A stretch of 62,807 bases of DNA, the filler included, from Phoronis australis (taxonomy: Eukaryota > Animalia > Phoronida), in assembly GCA_002633005.1 (NCBI GenBank). It is 5 parts of 5 records of this genome, joined end to end, with 100 filler letters (N's around TTAATTAATTAA, not from the genome) between each part and the next. Parts side by side here need not be neighbours in the genome. Positions count along the whole stretch, not along the records: positions 1 to 26,443 come from NMRA01000698.1; positions 26,544 to 53,046 come from NMRA01001132.1; 3 more parts are not named here. The stretch is one strand, 5' to 3'. Each line of letters starts with the position of its first letter. The stretch's first letter is position 1. Shown here in pieces: positions 26,190 to 39,300 of the stretch. Both the position numbers and the translations under genes were made by a program. Under the pieces are notes generated by a model. It was given only the letters and a program-made list of their open reading frames with translations, ran no database searches and had not been told where the DNA came from.

Positions 26190-26314
26190 CACAATGGGTA
26201 GTCATCTTCTGGGCCACACTTATCCACAAGAAGACGGATGAGCTCGCTCGTATTCATACGAGTATATTCATTGGGAAAGCTGATGACAGCTGTGATCAAT
26301 GTTACACCCAGCAC
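26190..26314 (-). CDS. CLCN3: CLC-3-like exon ([42 protein letters not shown])
   Basis: tttag acceptor, gtaagg donor, 125 bp, phase 0 to 2. Confidence 0.92.
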
Positions 26315-26443
26315 CTAAATGCAAAACGAAGAAGAGAGAAATGTCTTAATAAAACTGAACGTGTGATCAACCGCCAGGTTATGAAACAGTGAAGTGCCCT
26401 AGACAGCGTTACTGATCACGGCACAAAGCAAATGGAAACAGTA

Positions 26444-26543
26444 NNNNNNNNNNNNNNNNNNNNNNNNNNNNNNNNNNNNNNNNNNNNTTAATTAATTAAN
26501 NNNNNNNNNNNNNNNNNNNNNNNNNNNNNNNNNNNNNNNNNNN
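26444..26543. other. Artificial contig linker
   Basis: 44 N + TTAATTAATTAA (26488-26499; stop codons in all six frames) + 44 N. Confidence 0.95.
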
Positions 26544-26599
26544 TTTCGTTTTAAAAATTATGTTATTGTGTATGCTTTTCTCAAAACACCGACCGTAAT

Positions 26600-26820
26600 G
26601 TGATAATGTTCAGGACAGTTACAAATAATTCTCTTAACATTATGCTGTTGAATTAGCTCCGCAGGTGTCCCATAACTCATCTCAAGTATAAACTTCCGAA
26701 CTCTCGAGTAATCTATAGGTGCTTTTCCCTTTTCTCAAAAATTGCAGATGAATGGAAGTGTTTACTTAACAACATTGCTCGTGTCATATCCGTGGAAGCA
26801 AAAACCCTTTTGACAAACCG
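26600..26820 (+). mobile_element. CR1/L2-type LINE ORF2 3'-end relic
   Basis: LRRCPITHLKYKLPNSRVIYRCFSLFSKIADEWKCLLNNIARVISVEAK resembles, from recall, the SFFPR.I..WN.LP C-terminal motif of these LINEs. Confidence 0.45.
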
Positions 26821-27203
26821 AAAATGTGTTGTGTTAGTCTCGGCTGTGCATACAGTGAGGGCCAATAAAAACGCGCCCCTTCCTAGATATTCACGTACAA
26901 GTTATTAAATGAATGGTGATGCTGGATGACTGCATAGCCGGTTTTAATGACCCTTAAGTTTGTGGACGATTTATATGACAATCGCTAAAGCTAATTTGTA
27001 TTGCTGTTGAAACAACGGGGAAAGTTGATTAAGGTTATGTAAACGCGATGATATGCATTATGCACTGGCTTTAGAATTTACGCACACTCAGTTAACCGGA
27101 TAAGTTTGACGTGTAGGCCATTGGGGAAAACGAACGTCTGCATTTATCTCTTTCATTCGATTTCGCTAAATGTCTGTTGACTTCGACTTGTTTTGCTCGT
27201 CAG

Positions 27204-27300
27204 AAGACTCCGACCCTGATGGTGATGTCGAGGCGGGTCAAAGGTCATCAAATGAAACCCACGTACAGAAGCAGTCTCAACTTTCCGACACCCTCACCTG
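27204..27300 (+). CDS. RFX6: RFX6 exon ([32 protein letters not shown])
   Basis: gtcag acceptor (CAGAAG tandem acceptor), gtaaca donor. Completes TL.WL..NY of the DNA-binding domain. Confidence 0.8.
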
Positions 27301-30300
27301 GTAACACCTTCACATCTAACTGGTGCAGTATCCTCTATCGCATATATACGTATTGAAGTATCAAGACTATTTTGTACAAGTTTGTAAAACGTGCTGTCAT
27401 CGTGTCTTCTGCTATTCTTTTGCATATAATGTCTTCAATAGAGGTTCATGGCTGTTTCAACATCTGATTAGGGTTTCCCTGAGGATCATCGCAATATCAC
27501 TGTAGTACATTTTGTGTCGCAGCTCGATACAAAAGTCGCATTGTGCTCTTACAGGTTGTCTGACAATTATGAGCGGGCTGAAGGGGTCTGTCTCCCGCGT
27601 TGTGTCTTGTACACACACTACTTGGATTATTGTAAGAAGAAACAATTCACGCCGGCTGGTGCTGCCACCTTCGGAAAAGTGAGTAGAAAGAGCATAAGAT
27701 TTATATACTCGACAAAAACGTCACCAGTATGCCGTTTTGGGGGTACTGGCTGGATACATTCCTTTGAAAATTATGGATAGGCCCACCTTGCAACATCTTA
27801 GATCAGCTAGCCCACATAACGCCGTGTCTAAGCAGTTGGGACTTGACGCCACTCGTACCCCCTCCCCTTGAATCCTCCCAAGTTACTGGTTACTTTACTT
27901 ACCGGCCGTATTAAGTTTAGACAAATATAATTATCGAAACTGTTCTCCTACATGACGTCAGTAGTTACTGCACTTTAGTGCCCACATAATTTTTGTGCAA
28001 AACGCATTGTGGTATTACTGTTGTGCTTGTAAGTCAGCGTAGCTTATCGACTATTCTGAAAGGTTTAGGTCAAGGTCAGGCGGTCGTAGTGCCACCGTTC
28101 GTAAACTCCCTGAGTTTGCAGGGGCAGATCAAGAATTACCGTGGGGTTTCAGGAAGTAACGAGACACTTTGAAAACTGAGAACTGTATCCCGCGCCCACC
28201 TTGAGGAGAATTCATTTTTACGTAACAAATATACTAGCTCCTCTTGCATTTTAAGCAATATTCAAATAGCTGGCGCTGACTTCAGTTGTGGTAATATTCC
28301 AGTAGGCCTATATTGCACAATAACTGGTCCACCCTTCAACAAGAGACCAACAGTCATGGTCACTCTCAGTAGTTACATTGACCATCGTTTATGATTGAGT
28401 ATGGGTTCACAAGGCAGACCATGGTGTAGTTAGACGGAAACGTCTGTTATGTCTTGGAAAGACGATACTGGGGTTGGAATTTGGCACCCTCTGTCAGTGG
28501 CTGCTATTTTCCCGGTCAGAGTCTTCATTTTTCGGCACCCACATGAATATATGTGGGCGCATTATGCCGTCATCCCCTTGCATCCATCCGTCTGGCGTCC
28601 GGAGTCGCCCCTCCGGCCTCCGCTACTCTATCTCCAAAACCCTTTGATGCATGTTCATGAAATTAGCACATATGCTCCCTTTATGGATGGGGCGTATGAG
28701 CGAACTTTCGGATGGATCCTACTACCGATGAGCCCACTAGTGGCAACTTTAGTTTTTTTACGATTAGCTCTCTATCTTTAAAGGTCCTCAACAGATATTC
28801 GTAAAATTTGGCAAATTGGCGTCTATTAGTGGGATGACGTTGCCCTCTCGTTTTCAGATGGATTCAAGGTATTTTGGGCCACCCGCTGTCCATTATCACT
28901 GTTTTTGAGTCTGTTTCTTCGTCTGCCTCTCTATTAACCAAACCACTCTAAGGATGATTGTAAACATTGGCAAATATATTATTAATGTGAAGAGGGCGGC
29001 TGATGATGTTTTTCAACGAATTCGACTACTATGGCGCCTCTTAGTGGCAGTTTTTGTGCCCACAGCTGTATCTCCTACGCCCTCTGAAGCATATTTATTA
29101 AATTGAGTATGAGTATATATGAAGATGACAACGGACAAAGACGACTTTAGGACAGATTCGACGAACACTGTGTTCCCTAGTGACAATTCAATTTTTTATC
29201 GTTTTACTCTGTTCCTCTGCAATTCCTCGACAGATTTTTATGAAATTTAGTTAATTACTTTCTATTAAAAACACGACATGTTCACGTTTTGGGATGGCTT
29301 CGCCGTAGTTCGGCCATCTAGTGGCCATTTTCACTATTTTCTTGTTTTCGGCATCCCCCTCTATCAATCAAACCACTCTAAGGATAATTTTGAAAATTGA
29401 CCTTGGTGTTTCTACTGGGAGGACGACGGCTGATGATGATTTTCGGACGACTCAGAATACTGTGGCACCTCCTAGTAGCAAATTTTGTCGTCATCTGAGG
29501 GAATTTTATTAAATTTGGCAAGTGTATTTATATGAAGTCGACAGCGGATAACGACAAGATTTGGACGGATCCGACTACCTACACCTCCTAGTGGCAATTA
29601 TATATTTTTCGTTGTCCTCTGTATCTTTGAAAGTCCTTGGAAGATTTTCATGAAATTTAATTAAGGGTTTCTATTATTCTATTAAAGACAACTCTGTTAG
29701 TATTATCTGCAGAGAACCTAATAAGAAGTTACTGTAAATTAAAGAGTCATTGGCCATTCAGAACCAGCATGCCATTGATTCTCTGAATAACATGCAGAGC
29801 TCAGTGGCCCTGCAACTATGGTGATGACCAGCTGCTGACTCTATTCTATGTATCTCTCACTTCACTCTATGGAAGTTACCTGAGTTGTATGTAGGCACTT
29901 GTTGTCCTAAATTGTTGTAAATATGATCCTGATGATGTCTTTTGTAAAGACGAAACGTTGAATTGAATATGAACTTTTTTTATTTTTGCGGCGATCGTCC
30001 GGTTCGAAGTCTACGGTTCCGTTTCTGGATAGATTCGATGTATAGTGGCTGTTTTATCGTCATAAAACTTTGCAGATAGGTTTCTATTAAGGGCGGATTT
30101 GTTCTATTCTGCACCACCAGTGGCCATTTTAAAAAATATGAGTACATTTTGGCATCACCCTCTTCATCCCCCAAACCGCTTGAAGAATTAAAATTTGAAG
30201 ATGTGTTCCCAATGACAAGACTGAGGCTGAGGTGTTCAACTACTCTGGTACCAGCCAGTGGCAATTTTATTTTTTGTGCGTCGACAGCTGTAACCCCTTT

Positions 30301-33300
30301 AACCTTTGCAAGATCTTTCTGAAATTTAGCACTTGTGTTCCTATGGAGATGGCCACAGATGTGTTCCTATGGAGGTGGCAACAGATGTATTCCTATGGAG
30401 ATGGCAACAGATGTGTTCCTATGGAGATGGCAACAGATGTGTTCCTATGGAGATGGCAACAGATGTGGTCCTATGGAGATGGCAACAGATGTGGTCCTAT
30501 GGAGATGGCAACAGATGTTTTCCTACTGACAAGAGCATGAGTGATCTGGATTTCCAAACGGGTCCATCAACTGTGGTGCCCCCTGGTGATATTTTCACAT
30601 CTACGACACGACCGTATCTCCTAAAACCCTTGCAAGATGTTTTTAGAATTTTGCAATTGTATTATGATGCAAATAAACATCCCTAGAAGCACACCGTTTA
30701 CAGTGCAGTCGTGGGCGCATTTCAACGCTCCACGTGGCTCTCGGTCACTTTAGACGGCTAGGAGAGTCGTTGGACTTCCCCCTACTTTACCTGCTAATTT
30801 TCGGCATGAAAAAATGATGGCAACAAAATTTTCTTAATATTGTTTGGTGGTGACAAAGAATACACGTCACTACAACTAGTTTAATTCATACAACATATAA
30901 CCTGGGTTTGCACAGTGTCTAGGAACGCTTACTATGAAAGTCTGGAGTTGTCCTTATAAGATGACTGCTGAGTACACTGCACGTGCGTACTGACACTTTT
31001 GGGGTGTGTAGAATATCCATGCACATCGCAGTTGACATTACTTAATTCGGCTACCTGAAAAACTGACACGGCTCACGAACTAATAGATAATGGACGACTC
31101 AGTATTGACTAGGTGGTACTAATATATAATGGACGACTCACTATTGACTAGATGGAACTAACAGATAATGAACGACTCAATATTGACTAGGTGGTATTAG
31201 TAAATTAAGCTTAACAATTAATGAATGGTGACAGTGGTGAAATATACAAGTCAGTTGTAAACAAAGGAAGGACGCTGTGCGTTGTTGAATGTTAACTTAG
31301 GGAGAGTCAATGTCTGTATTACAAAATTAAGATACATTCCACACTCATTTTCAAGTGAAAGTGCAACTTAATCTTCAGGGGTAGGCCGACGCCTGATTCA
31401 GTGCATAGTGTCCATGTCAAAATGACCAACAGAAACGTAACTTTTTCAAAACACACTCTTGAGCTGGACTGTAAACAAATACCATGACGATTAGAGTGGA
31501 TGGGAACCTTTTCGAATACGCCATGGTGTGCCCAGGGTCTTAGTCAAATGGAAACGTTTGTGGGGTCATTTAAAGTTTAATTAGATGTCTTTTAAACTGT
31601 CAACTCTGCATGCCGATTTCCTGAGTCGCCAATAACTGTCTAACCAATTCGTGGGCTCTAACTGTTACACGTATTTAGTAGAACACAGGCAAGTAGACAT
31701 GTTTTTATAACTCTCGGTGACATCGAGTAGTTGACGTGATGATTTTTGCCGCAGATTATTCGCCAACGGTTCCCAAAGCTAACCACCCGCCGACTTGGAA
31801 CTCGCGGACAATCAAAGTAAGTTGTGCAGTTTTACGTTTTGTTCGCGAAGAACCATTGTAAGTATTGCATTTTAGCTGGTGCTCGCGGGCATTAAATGTA
31901 AATAGTGTAAGTGTGCTCACTGTGGGTAAAGGTTTGTTTATTGTATGTTATTACACGGCCACTGATATTCTTCTTCACCGATAGGCGAACAAACTCTACA
32001 GTGACTTCCGTTATGAAGTGATGTTGACTGGCTAACAAACACTAAGGTCACTTCCGTTATGAAGTGATGTTGACTGGCTAACAAACACTACGGTCACTTT
32101 CGTTTTGAAGTGATGTTGACTGGCTATCCACCTAAAATCACTTGTCGTTCATGTTGTCCAGACAACACAGGTGGGCGGGTTGCTATTCCTGACCTGACCA
32201 ATCAGATGTGGCAGAAACAATAAACTCTGACCGCGTAGTAAAAGCTTGACATATCAAAACAGGTAAAACATGCCAATCTAACGAGAGACAAAAAATAGAG
32301 GACTGAAGCATCGGTGGTCGTATAAGTAAGCAATATGGAGCGATACCTAAGGCATGTCAGGTGATGTGCACCTGATATTGCCGGCAGAATTGTTTACTAA
32401 TGATTGTTGTCAAACTGGACCTGGAAATGATTATTTGAAATACATCGTTGTCGTGTGTATTTACATCCCTGTGGTTGTTGCTTTCACAGACAAAATTTCG
32501 TATTGTTCATTATCTTTTCCATAGCTTTTATCTCTTCTCATTTTGCCACTGTTTCTGCGACATAAGATGTGCTGTAACCTCTAAGTGGAGCACGTGATGA
32601 CAGTACTCTACAGTCATCACTTAACTTGTTGAACGGCCACGACACCCGGGAGGCGCTGCAGGCTTTATGTTACTATTTATTCAGTGATACTGATTCAATT
32701 ATTTTTATTACACAGGTATCATTACTATGGTATAGGAATTAAAGAGACATCAATATACTATCACTCGGTCTACTCAGGCAAAGGCCTTACAAGGTAGGAT
32801 GACAAGCAATCATATGAGACACACTCTTGTACTAATGATAGCCAGTGGAATTGAGCTTTTGAACTGTGGCATAGAAGAACGACGACTCCTTAGATATTTC
32901 TTTTTACAAATAAAAGTAAGAATTTAAAAAACATCATAACGAACAATTACGGGACCCAGCGCTGCTATTAAAAGTTTGGATTTTTGTTTCTGGGACGAAG
33001 TTCAGGGCACGGTTACATAAAAGCCCAGAAAAATTTCCAAAGTAGGCTAAATTCGAAAAAGTATATCTCATTGATGGCTGATCGGATTTCAGACACCATG
33101 CTTTATCGACTGTAATCCAAACGCTGATGGGTGTTGCTTTTAAAGTTTTCTATTTTTGCATAAGGTGTTATCAAGGACTTCATGGTTCTTATAAGCAAAC
33201 TCTGATACCAAAATGATAATTTAGAAAACGATAACAGCATTTTTGAGATTCCATTGTGAAAATTGTCATCAAAAGAAATTTGGAAATAAATTTTGCTGTT

Positions 33301-36300
33301 TTTGGTATTATTTTAGTTTTCTAGTTGCTTAAATTTCAATAAAAGTAATGGCCACCTAATGTGATTAATGTCGGTTTGGTAAAACGTAAGTTCTGCATGC
33401 TTTGAACTTTCAGAAATGTTTGGTGTTACTGTTTTGCAGACTTTATTGGCATGAGGGTCATTCATACTCTTAAAAAGCGGCAAACTGTGGCAACTTCTGG
33501 GGACACGTTGCATCGTTGTTTTTGATATGTTGCTGAATTTTCAACAATCTTATGTTCTACTATGGTCTTAAACCTCTGATTGGAGAAAGTATCAATGTGT
33601 GACCTCATTGTGTGACCTCATTGTGTGACCTCAATATTTTACAACAGACACATCTAAGAACTTCTGATCGTACATAATGCACATTAATAACTTGCCAAAC
33701 GTACTTTAATTTAAAGATATCTTTATTCTCTTTATAGATTCTCTGGAGTTAAAATAAAAAGATGTCTATATTCTTTTTGTAGGTTCTCTGGTGTTAAAAT
33801 AAAAACGGAGGTAAGTTGAAGATATGATCATATTAACATGTTCAATCTGAGCTTGTATACATGTATCTTTATTAACTAAATGCAATGATAGCATTTCGTA
33901 TTCCCGTGTTTTCAATAATCGCTAATAAAATGAATTTTATTTGGAATTAAAGAAAGGTGGCTTCTTGTGAGTTGTTTGATTGTGATTATAACCGCGTGTA
34001 TCTGAAACATTTTTCCTAAACATTCGTGCCGACAGGCTCTATAGCCTGCCTACCATTACTTTACATTCTTGCCGGGCAGGCTGTATAACCTGGCTACCGT
34101 TATTCAACATTCTTGCCGGTATGCTGTATAGCCTGTCTACCGTTACTTAACATTCGTGCCGGGCAGGCTGTATAACCTGGCTACCGTTATTCAACATTCT
34201 TGCCGGTATGCTGTATAGCCTGTCTACCGTTACTTAACATTCGTGCCGGGCAGGCTGTATAGCCTGCCTACCATTACTTAACATTCGTGCCGGGCAGGTT
34301 GTATAGCCTGGCTACCGTTATTCAACATTCTTGCCGGTATGCTGTATAACCTGGCTACCGTTACTTAACATTCGTGCCGGCAGGCTGTATAGCCTGCCTA
34401 CCATTACTTAACATTCGTGCCGGGCAGGTTGTATAGCCTGGCTACCATTACTTAACATTCGTGCCGGGCAGGTTGTATAGCCTGCCTACCATTACTTAAC
34501 ATTCGTGCCGGGCAGGTTGTATAGCCTGGCTACCGTTATTCAACATTCTTGCCGGTATGCTGTATAGCCTGTCTACCGTTACTTAACATTTGTGCCGGCA
34601 GGCTGTATAGCCTGCCTACCGTTACTTAACATTCATGCCGGCAGGCTGTGCAGCCTGGTTACCATTACTTAACATTCGTACCGCCATGCTATATAGCCTG
34701 GTTACGTTGCACATGTTTGAAACATATTTTACCATAAGTGTACTGATATTAGAGTCAACTTTGGAATAGGATGTTAAACTGTACAACTGAAATATCTGTG
34801 CCCTCGTGACGTTCAGGGACAGTTGCCACTCACTGGCTGCGTACTCCTGGACTTACACCCTCAAGCATCAGCGCCNCCCACCGCCGCAGTTTTTTTGGCT
34901 AAAGTGTGTCCAGTGTTTTTGGTCATGAAGAAAAATGTGAACGTTGCAGTTTAACGGAAACATTAATTTTGGTCTTTTTTAACGCTTTGACTCATCCAGA
35001 GTTACTGGGTCCCGAGTTGGACATTAATGAATTAGTTTTGTCTCGATATCGTTGCGACTGCATAAAACCATCAGTTTGAAGATCAGCATATTTCACCGCC
35101 ATGATGCAATCAAAACTAGATTTCTCTCTGAAAACTGATGGATATTACAATTCATCCAGGTCCACTCATACTTTTCGAAGTGAAAAAGTATCTGACATTC
35201 ATAGTACCTCAGCCTTTATTTTCTTAACTGGGAGCTTAGATGAACCTTTATCGGCGGGGATGTTGTGAGTTATCAAATCGTGTCAAGTGTTGTACATTAC
35301 ACAGGTATAACAGGATGGTCTAATGACACTTCTTTCCCGGTTCAATAAATTGATGTGAAATATGCAACACAATGCATATCCTTGTCAACTCAAGGGTATC
35401 AATGCTGTTGAAACAGGCAGCATCTGTTCTGAAAATTTGGAATTGACAGCTTCAAACTCTAACCAGGACATTCCGATTGGTGATTGTGTGTTCGCCACGA
35501 TTTATGATTTTAACCTGGGCAAGTTTCCACAAAAATTATCACCATCAGGGCAAAATACAACTGCTTTTTTGTATAAAGAAAATCATTGATTTAAAGTAAG
35601 TGTTTTTGGTTGAGCCTGATGTCTGTTCCGTTTTCTTACAAACTCGTGGTGGTTAGACGTTACTCACTCTTTCAAAAACCACGTGCACAGCTAAGAACTC
35701 GTCTATCAATTCACCAGTAGTCGCCGTTCTAGTTTTTTCTAGAGTGAAGTATGTGGCTGCTCCTTGCGCATCCGATGGAGCCCCCCCCCCCTCCCTAGTT
35801 GACGAAGTGGGCAAAAAAGGTCCGTCTCGGAGACACAAAAAAACACTGGAAAAGTAGAAAACTTGACAAGAGTCCACCAATAAGGCAGGAACAGTCAAAA
35901 TTCGGTGAATGCACAATCCATTGCTCTGACCGTACCCCGTGAATTTTAGTAAAAGGTCCACAGTCTCGCAAATTCGAGCCTCCCACCCCATTTTAGGCTG
36001 CTCTATAGCTGTGTGCAATTCAAGTCATCCTATCAAATGTTTAATGAATGAACTGACAATCTGATAACTCCCCCGATATTTCCCAGCTAACAGTAATGTT
36101 AACGGCTTGAGTGTCTGTTGTCCCGGTGAAGGTCTAATGGTCCACATATGCACTGTATGTAGTAGAGTTTCAGTGAAGTCTAAGGGTTCTCATGCGTAGT
36201 GTCTACATGGGAAAATGTTTGCACTGTCTACAGAGTTAATTGTTTTAGTCTGATGGAATGGTCCATATACGCACTGTTTAAGAGTTAAGTGTTTTAGCCT

Positions 36301-39300
36301 GATAGAATGGTCCGTTGATAAGCACGGTTTACTGCAGAGTTAAGTGTTTTAGTCTGATGGAATGGTCCATTTTCGCACTGTCTGCAAAGTTAAGTGTTTT
36401 AGTCTGATGGTATGGTCCATATACGCACCGTCTGTAAAGTAACGTGTCATTTCCACGGTTGTGATAGATGGGTAGAAACAACTTAAATAATACCTTAACA
36501 GTGCTACGAAATGAACGCTGTTATAGTGTTTTGAAATCAAACCAATAATGCAAGTGGTCTGATACAAGATTCATCCCATGTACGTTGGACTTGTATCAGA
36601 CATAAGTTGAACGTTCAGCCGTGTCTTTCGCACCAAACACCTGAAACCAATTTCATTTCATTGATAATCACGTATAACATATGTAGACATATCCACAAAT
36701 TAAGACTGAGCTGAGGAGCTATAGAACTGGCTCAAGGGTCTAGCAGTGGAATCTAGTGGGATTCAAACCCAGGACCTTGTGAACATGTGGTAGACAATTA
36801 GCCACTAGGCCACCCTGACTCCTCAAGAATCAGTTTTTTTTTTCGTTTTATGTAACTTTTTTAAGTGCAAAAGTGGACCATTTTATAAACAATTGGTGTT
36901 GCAGAGTTTTTGGAAAACAGTGTACAAAGCAGAGTAGTTGAAAGTTTCACAAAATTCTCTAAGACATGATGTTCCCACGTTAGTCACTTGTTCATTTTTC
37001 TAGGGACCTACAGAACATTAAAATGTAGATAATTGGCTAAAATTGAACATACTGATATTGAACATACTAATATTGAACACACTAATATTGAACACACTAA
37101 TATTGAACATACTAATATTGAACATACTTGCCGATAAGGTTACTCAAATATTTAACTCATTCTTCAGCTGAAGAAGATACAAGTTACAAAAAATAACGTG
37201 TAGTCACCAACGCTTAAAATGCAAACAAAAACTTTCACATTACTTTGGTGACCGACAGATGGCGGTGTTCACTGCAGACAAAGATGTGGGAAGAGTTATG
37301 TGTTTTGATGTTAAAAATCATTCAATCATTTGTCATTGTTTGTTCATTGTTGTCTTATAGATAGAGTTACAAGACGTACTGTTAGAGGTTTTACAACAGT
37401 AATTCAGGCAATGCCCGTTTTTATTACAAAAATATTCGCATTGAATTAACCGGCGAATTATTTCATTTTCTTTTGCTAAATGACAAAACGTGTCAGAAAC
37501 TTGCTAGTCAATCTGTGAAACAGTCTTCAGTGATAGATGTCTTAATGCAGTTATTTACTTAAGATTTAAGTCAACGCATCAGAGTAATTTGTGTCATCGA
37601 CTTGTGGACTGATTGAAACTAAATGATAACGAGTCCATCCTTAATTAGATAACAACCCCTACAAGCGAGACGATAGTCAATTCGCCGATGCCCTCGCTTG
37701 CGCGACTGAGGTCGACGAACTGATTTTCATAAAACTGTTCCGATGAAGCTACTACAAATACAGGTTGGCTTCTTGCGCAATGTGATTGAGAAAACCATTG
37801 TCCTTGTTTGATATCTGTAATGTCAACCTGTAGTTGTTAAATATTTTTCTTGTTTTCTAGAAGTACGTTCACGTTACTCATTCCACGGTGAACGGGAACA
37901 ATGTTTGTCGGCGATTGTATCTATGATACTAAAAGCCTGCCAATCATTTGAATTCCATCAATCTGAGAAACAGATAACTTATCTAGATATCCGTACCTCG
38001 ACTCCTGTAACAAATTCCCCTTTACCGCGATTCTCATCGATAGTGACAGAATTCGATAATCGGTGTCTTAACCTGTGAAGGCACTAAGTGCCACCTTTCT
38101 TAAGGTATGGATTAGATACCAATTTCCAATCCATGAAACCACATTTTTAACTCTACAGGAACGTATTTTGTGAACGCAAACAATTCCCACACGTCTGTTG
38201 TTATGTTCTTGAAAATCCCAACTCTTTCGCGGAGCAGAACTTCCCCACACTTATGTTTCTTTAACTAATAACAAACGAGAAGTGTCATCGATTATCTGGA
38301 GCAGCAGAAGTTCAGTGAGACGTAGGCGCACGTTGACGTAGTAGACCGCCTAAGCTCCTTTATCACAAAGTGAATTCTAACCAAAAATCCTCTTTAAGTG
38401 GATCGTTACGTTGATATGCATGACAGCGGCGTTTTCGTAACAACTATGAAAAAGGAACTAGATCTTGCTGGAAGACTACAGAACCATCATTGCTGACTTT
38501 CTGCTGCCATACAGTGGCAAACAACATCTGTGTTTAGTGCACATCGTGACCTCTGCTGGCCATGGATGCAACGATAAAACGCCTTGGTAGGGGGAAACAG
38601 TCACAATACATCACTTAACTGGCAGTGTCTTCTATCGAGACCGGTGACCCCGGGAATATAGTCGGACATACAGAGAACGCTGATGCTGCACATGGTTCTC
38701 GACCCTGCCACACGGAAGGAAAAAGTGAAGAAATTCATGGCCGAAAGCGGGATTAAGGTGCTTGACTGACATCAATCTCGTCCGACCTGTGCTCTGTTGG
38801 GAAACAGCGGTTGATCTCTCAATGTGCAAGTGTACGACAAATGTGAAGCATGTATCAAGGTGTTGGCCGAGACAAAGACTGTAAAACTCGTGTAGATTAC
38901 ATGACAATACAACGTGTTGAAAGACTTCTCAAAACAAAGATAGCCACATTAAGAACTAGATAAGCAAATGGCTGAATTCAGATGAAATTACTGTTGACAA
39001 CACCAGCACTAAGTCCCGTTATACATAACCACATGTAACCGGAATGTGGGTATCTTAAGACGAAAAAGCACCATTGGCAAATCATTTTCTTGTAATATCG
39101 TTCATCAAAGGCAATGTCAAACGACCATTTATGCCTTTGATAACTTCTCCTGATCTCCTTTCTCGTAAATCATCTTTTCGTCGGTCTATTTTCGAAACAG
39201 ACTTACGAAATGTCATTATAGACCTAGACATTAAAATCCAAAGCGAGGCTCACTGCGATAAACAAAGCGGAAGTTGACATTGTGTGAGTTAAATGGCCGG

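Larger units (their letters stand above)
16310..26314 (-). pseudogene. CLCN3: CLC-3/4/5-family H+/Cl- exchange transporter, 3' half, apparently disrupted
   Basis: Exons 26190-26314, 24989-25130, 23876-23961, 22852-22973, 22540-22565 (remnant), 22050-22145, 21242-21300, 20217-20324, 17460-17584, 16310-16404. Motifs [70 protein letters not shown] and CBS domains. Lesions: TAG at 25049-25051, missing VSLVVIMFELTGG...KWV segment, no terminal exon found. The family call is secure; pseudogene status is inferred. The 5' half is cut by the linker. Confidence 0.75.

Noticed and set aside
26190-27300. Head-to-head CLC/RFX6 pair with a bidirectional promoter
   Set aside because: An artificial linker separates them and both genes lack their 5' ends.
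30232-30686. ORFs with MEMATD / WRWQQM repeats
   Set aside because: They are translations of the 26-bp minisatellite in all three frames.
34019-34706. CRISPR-like array of palindromic repeats
   Set aside because: There are no unique spacers (the whole unit repeats), no cas genes, and the context is a eukaryotic intron.
36715-36822. tRNA gene
   Set aside because: A and B boxes are present, but there is no coherent cloverleaf and a SINE-like body follows.
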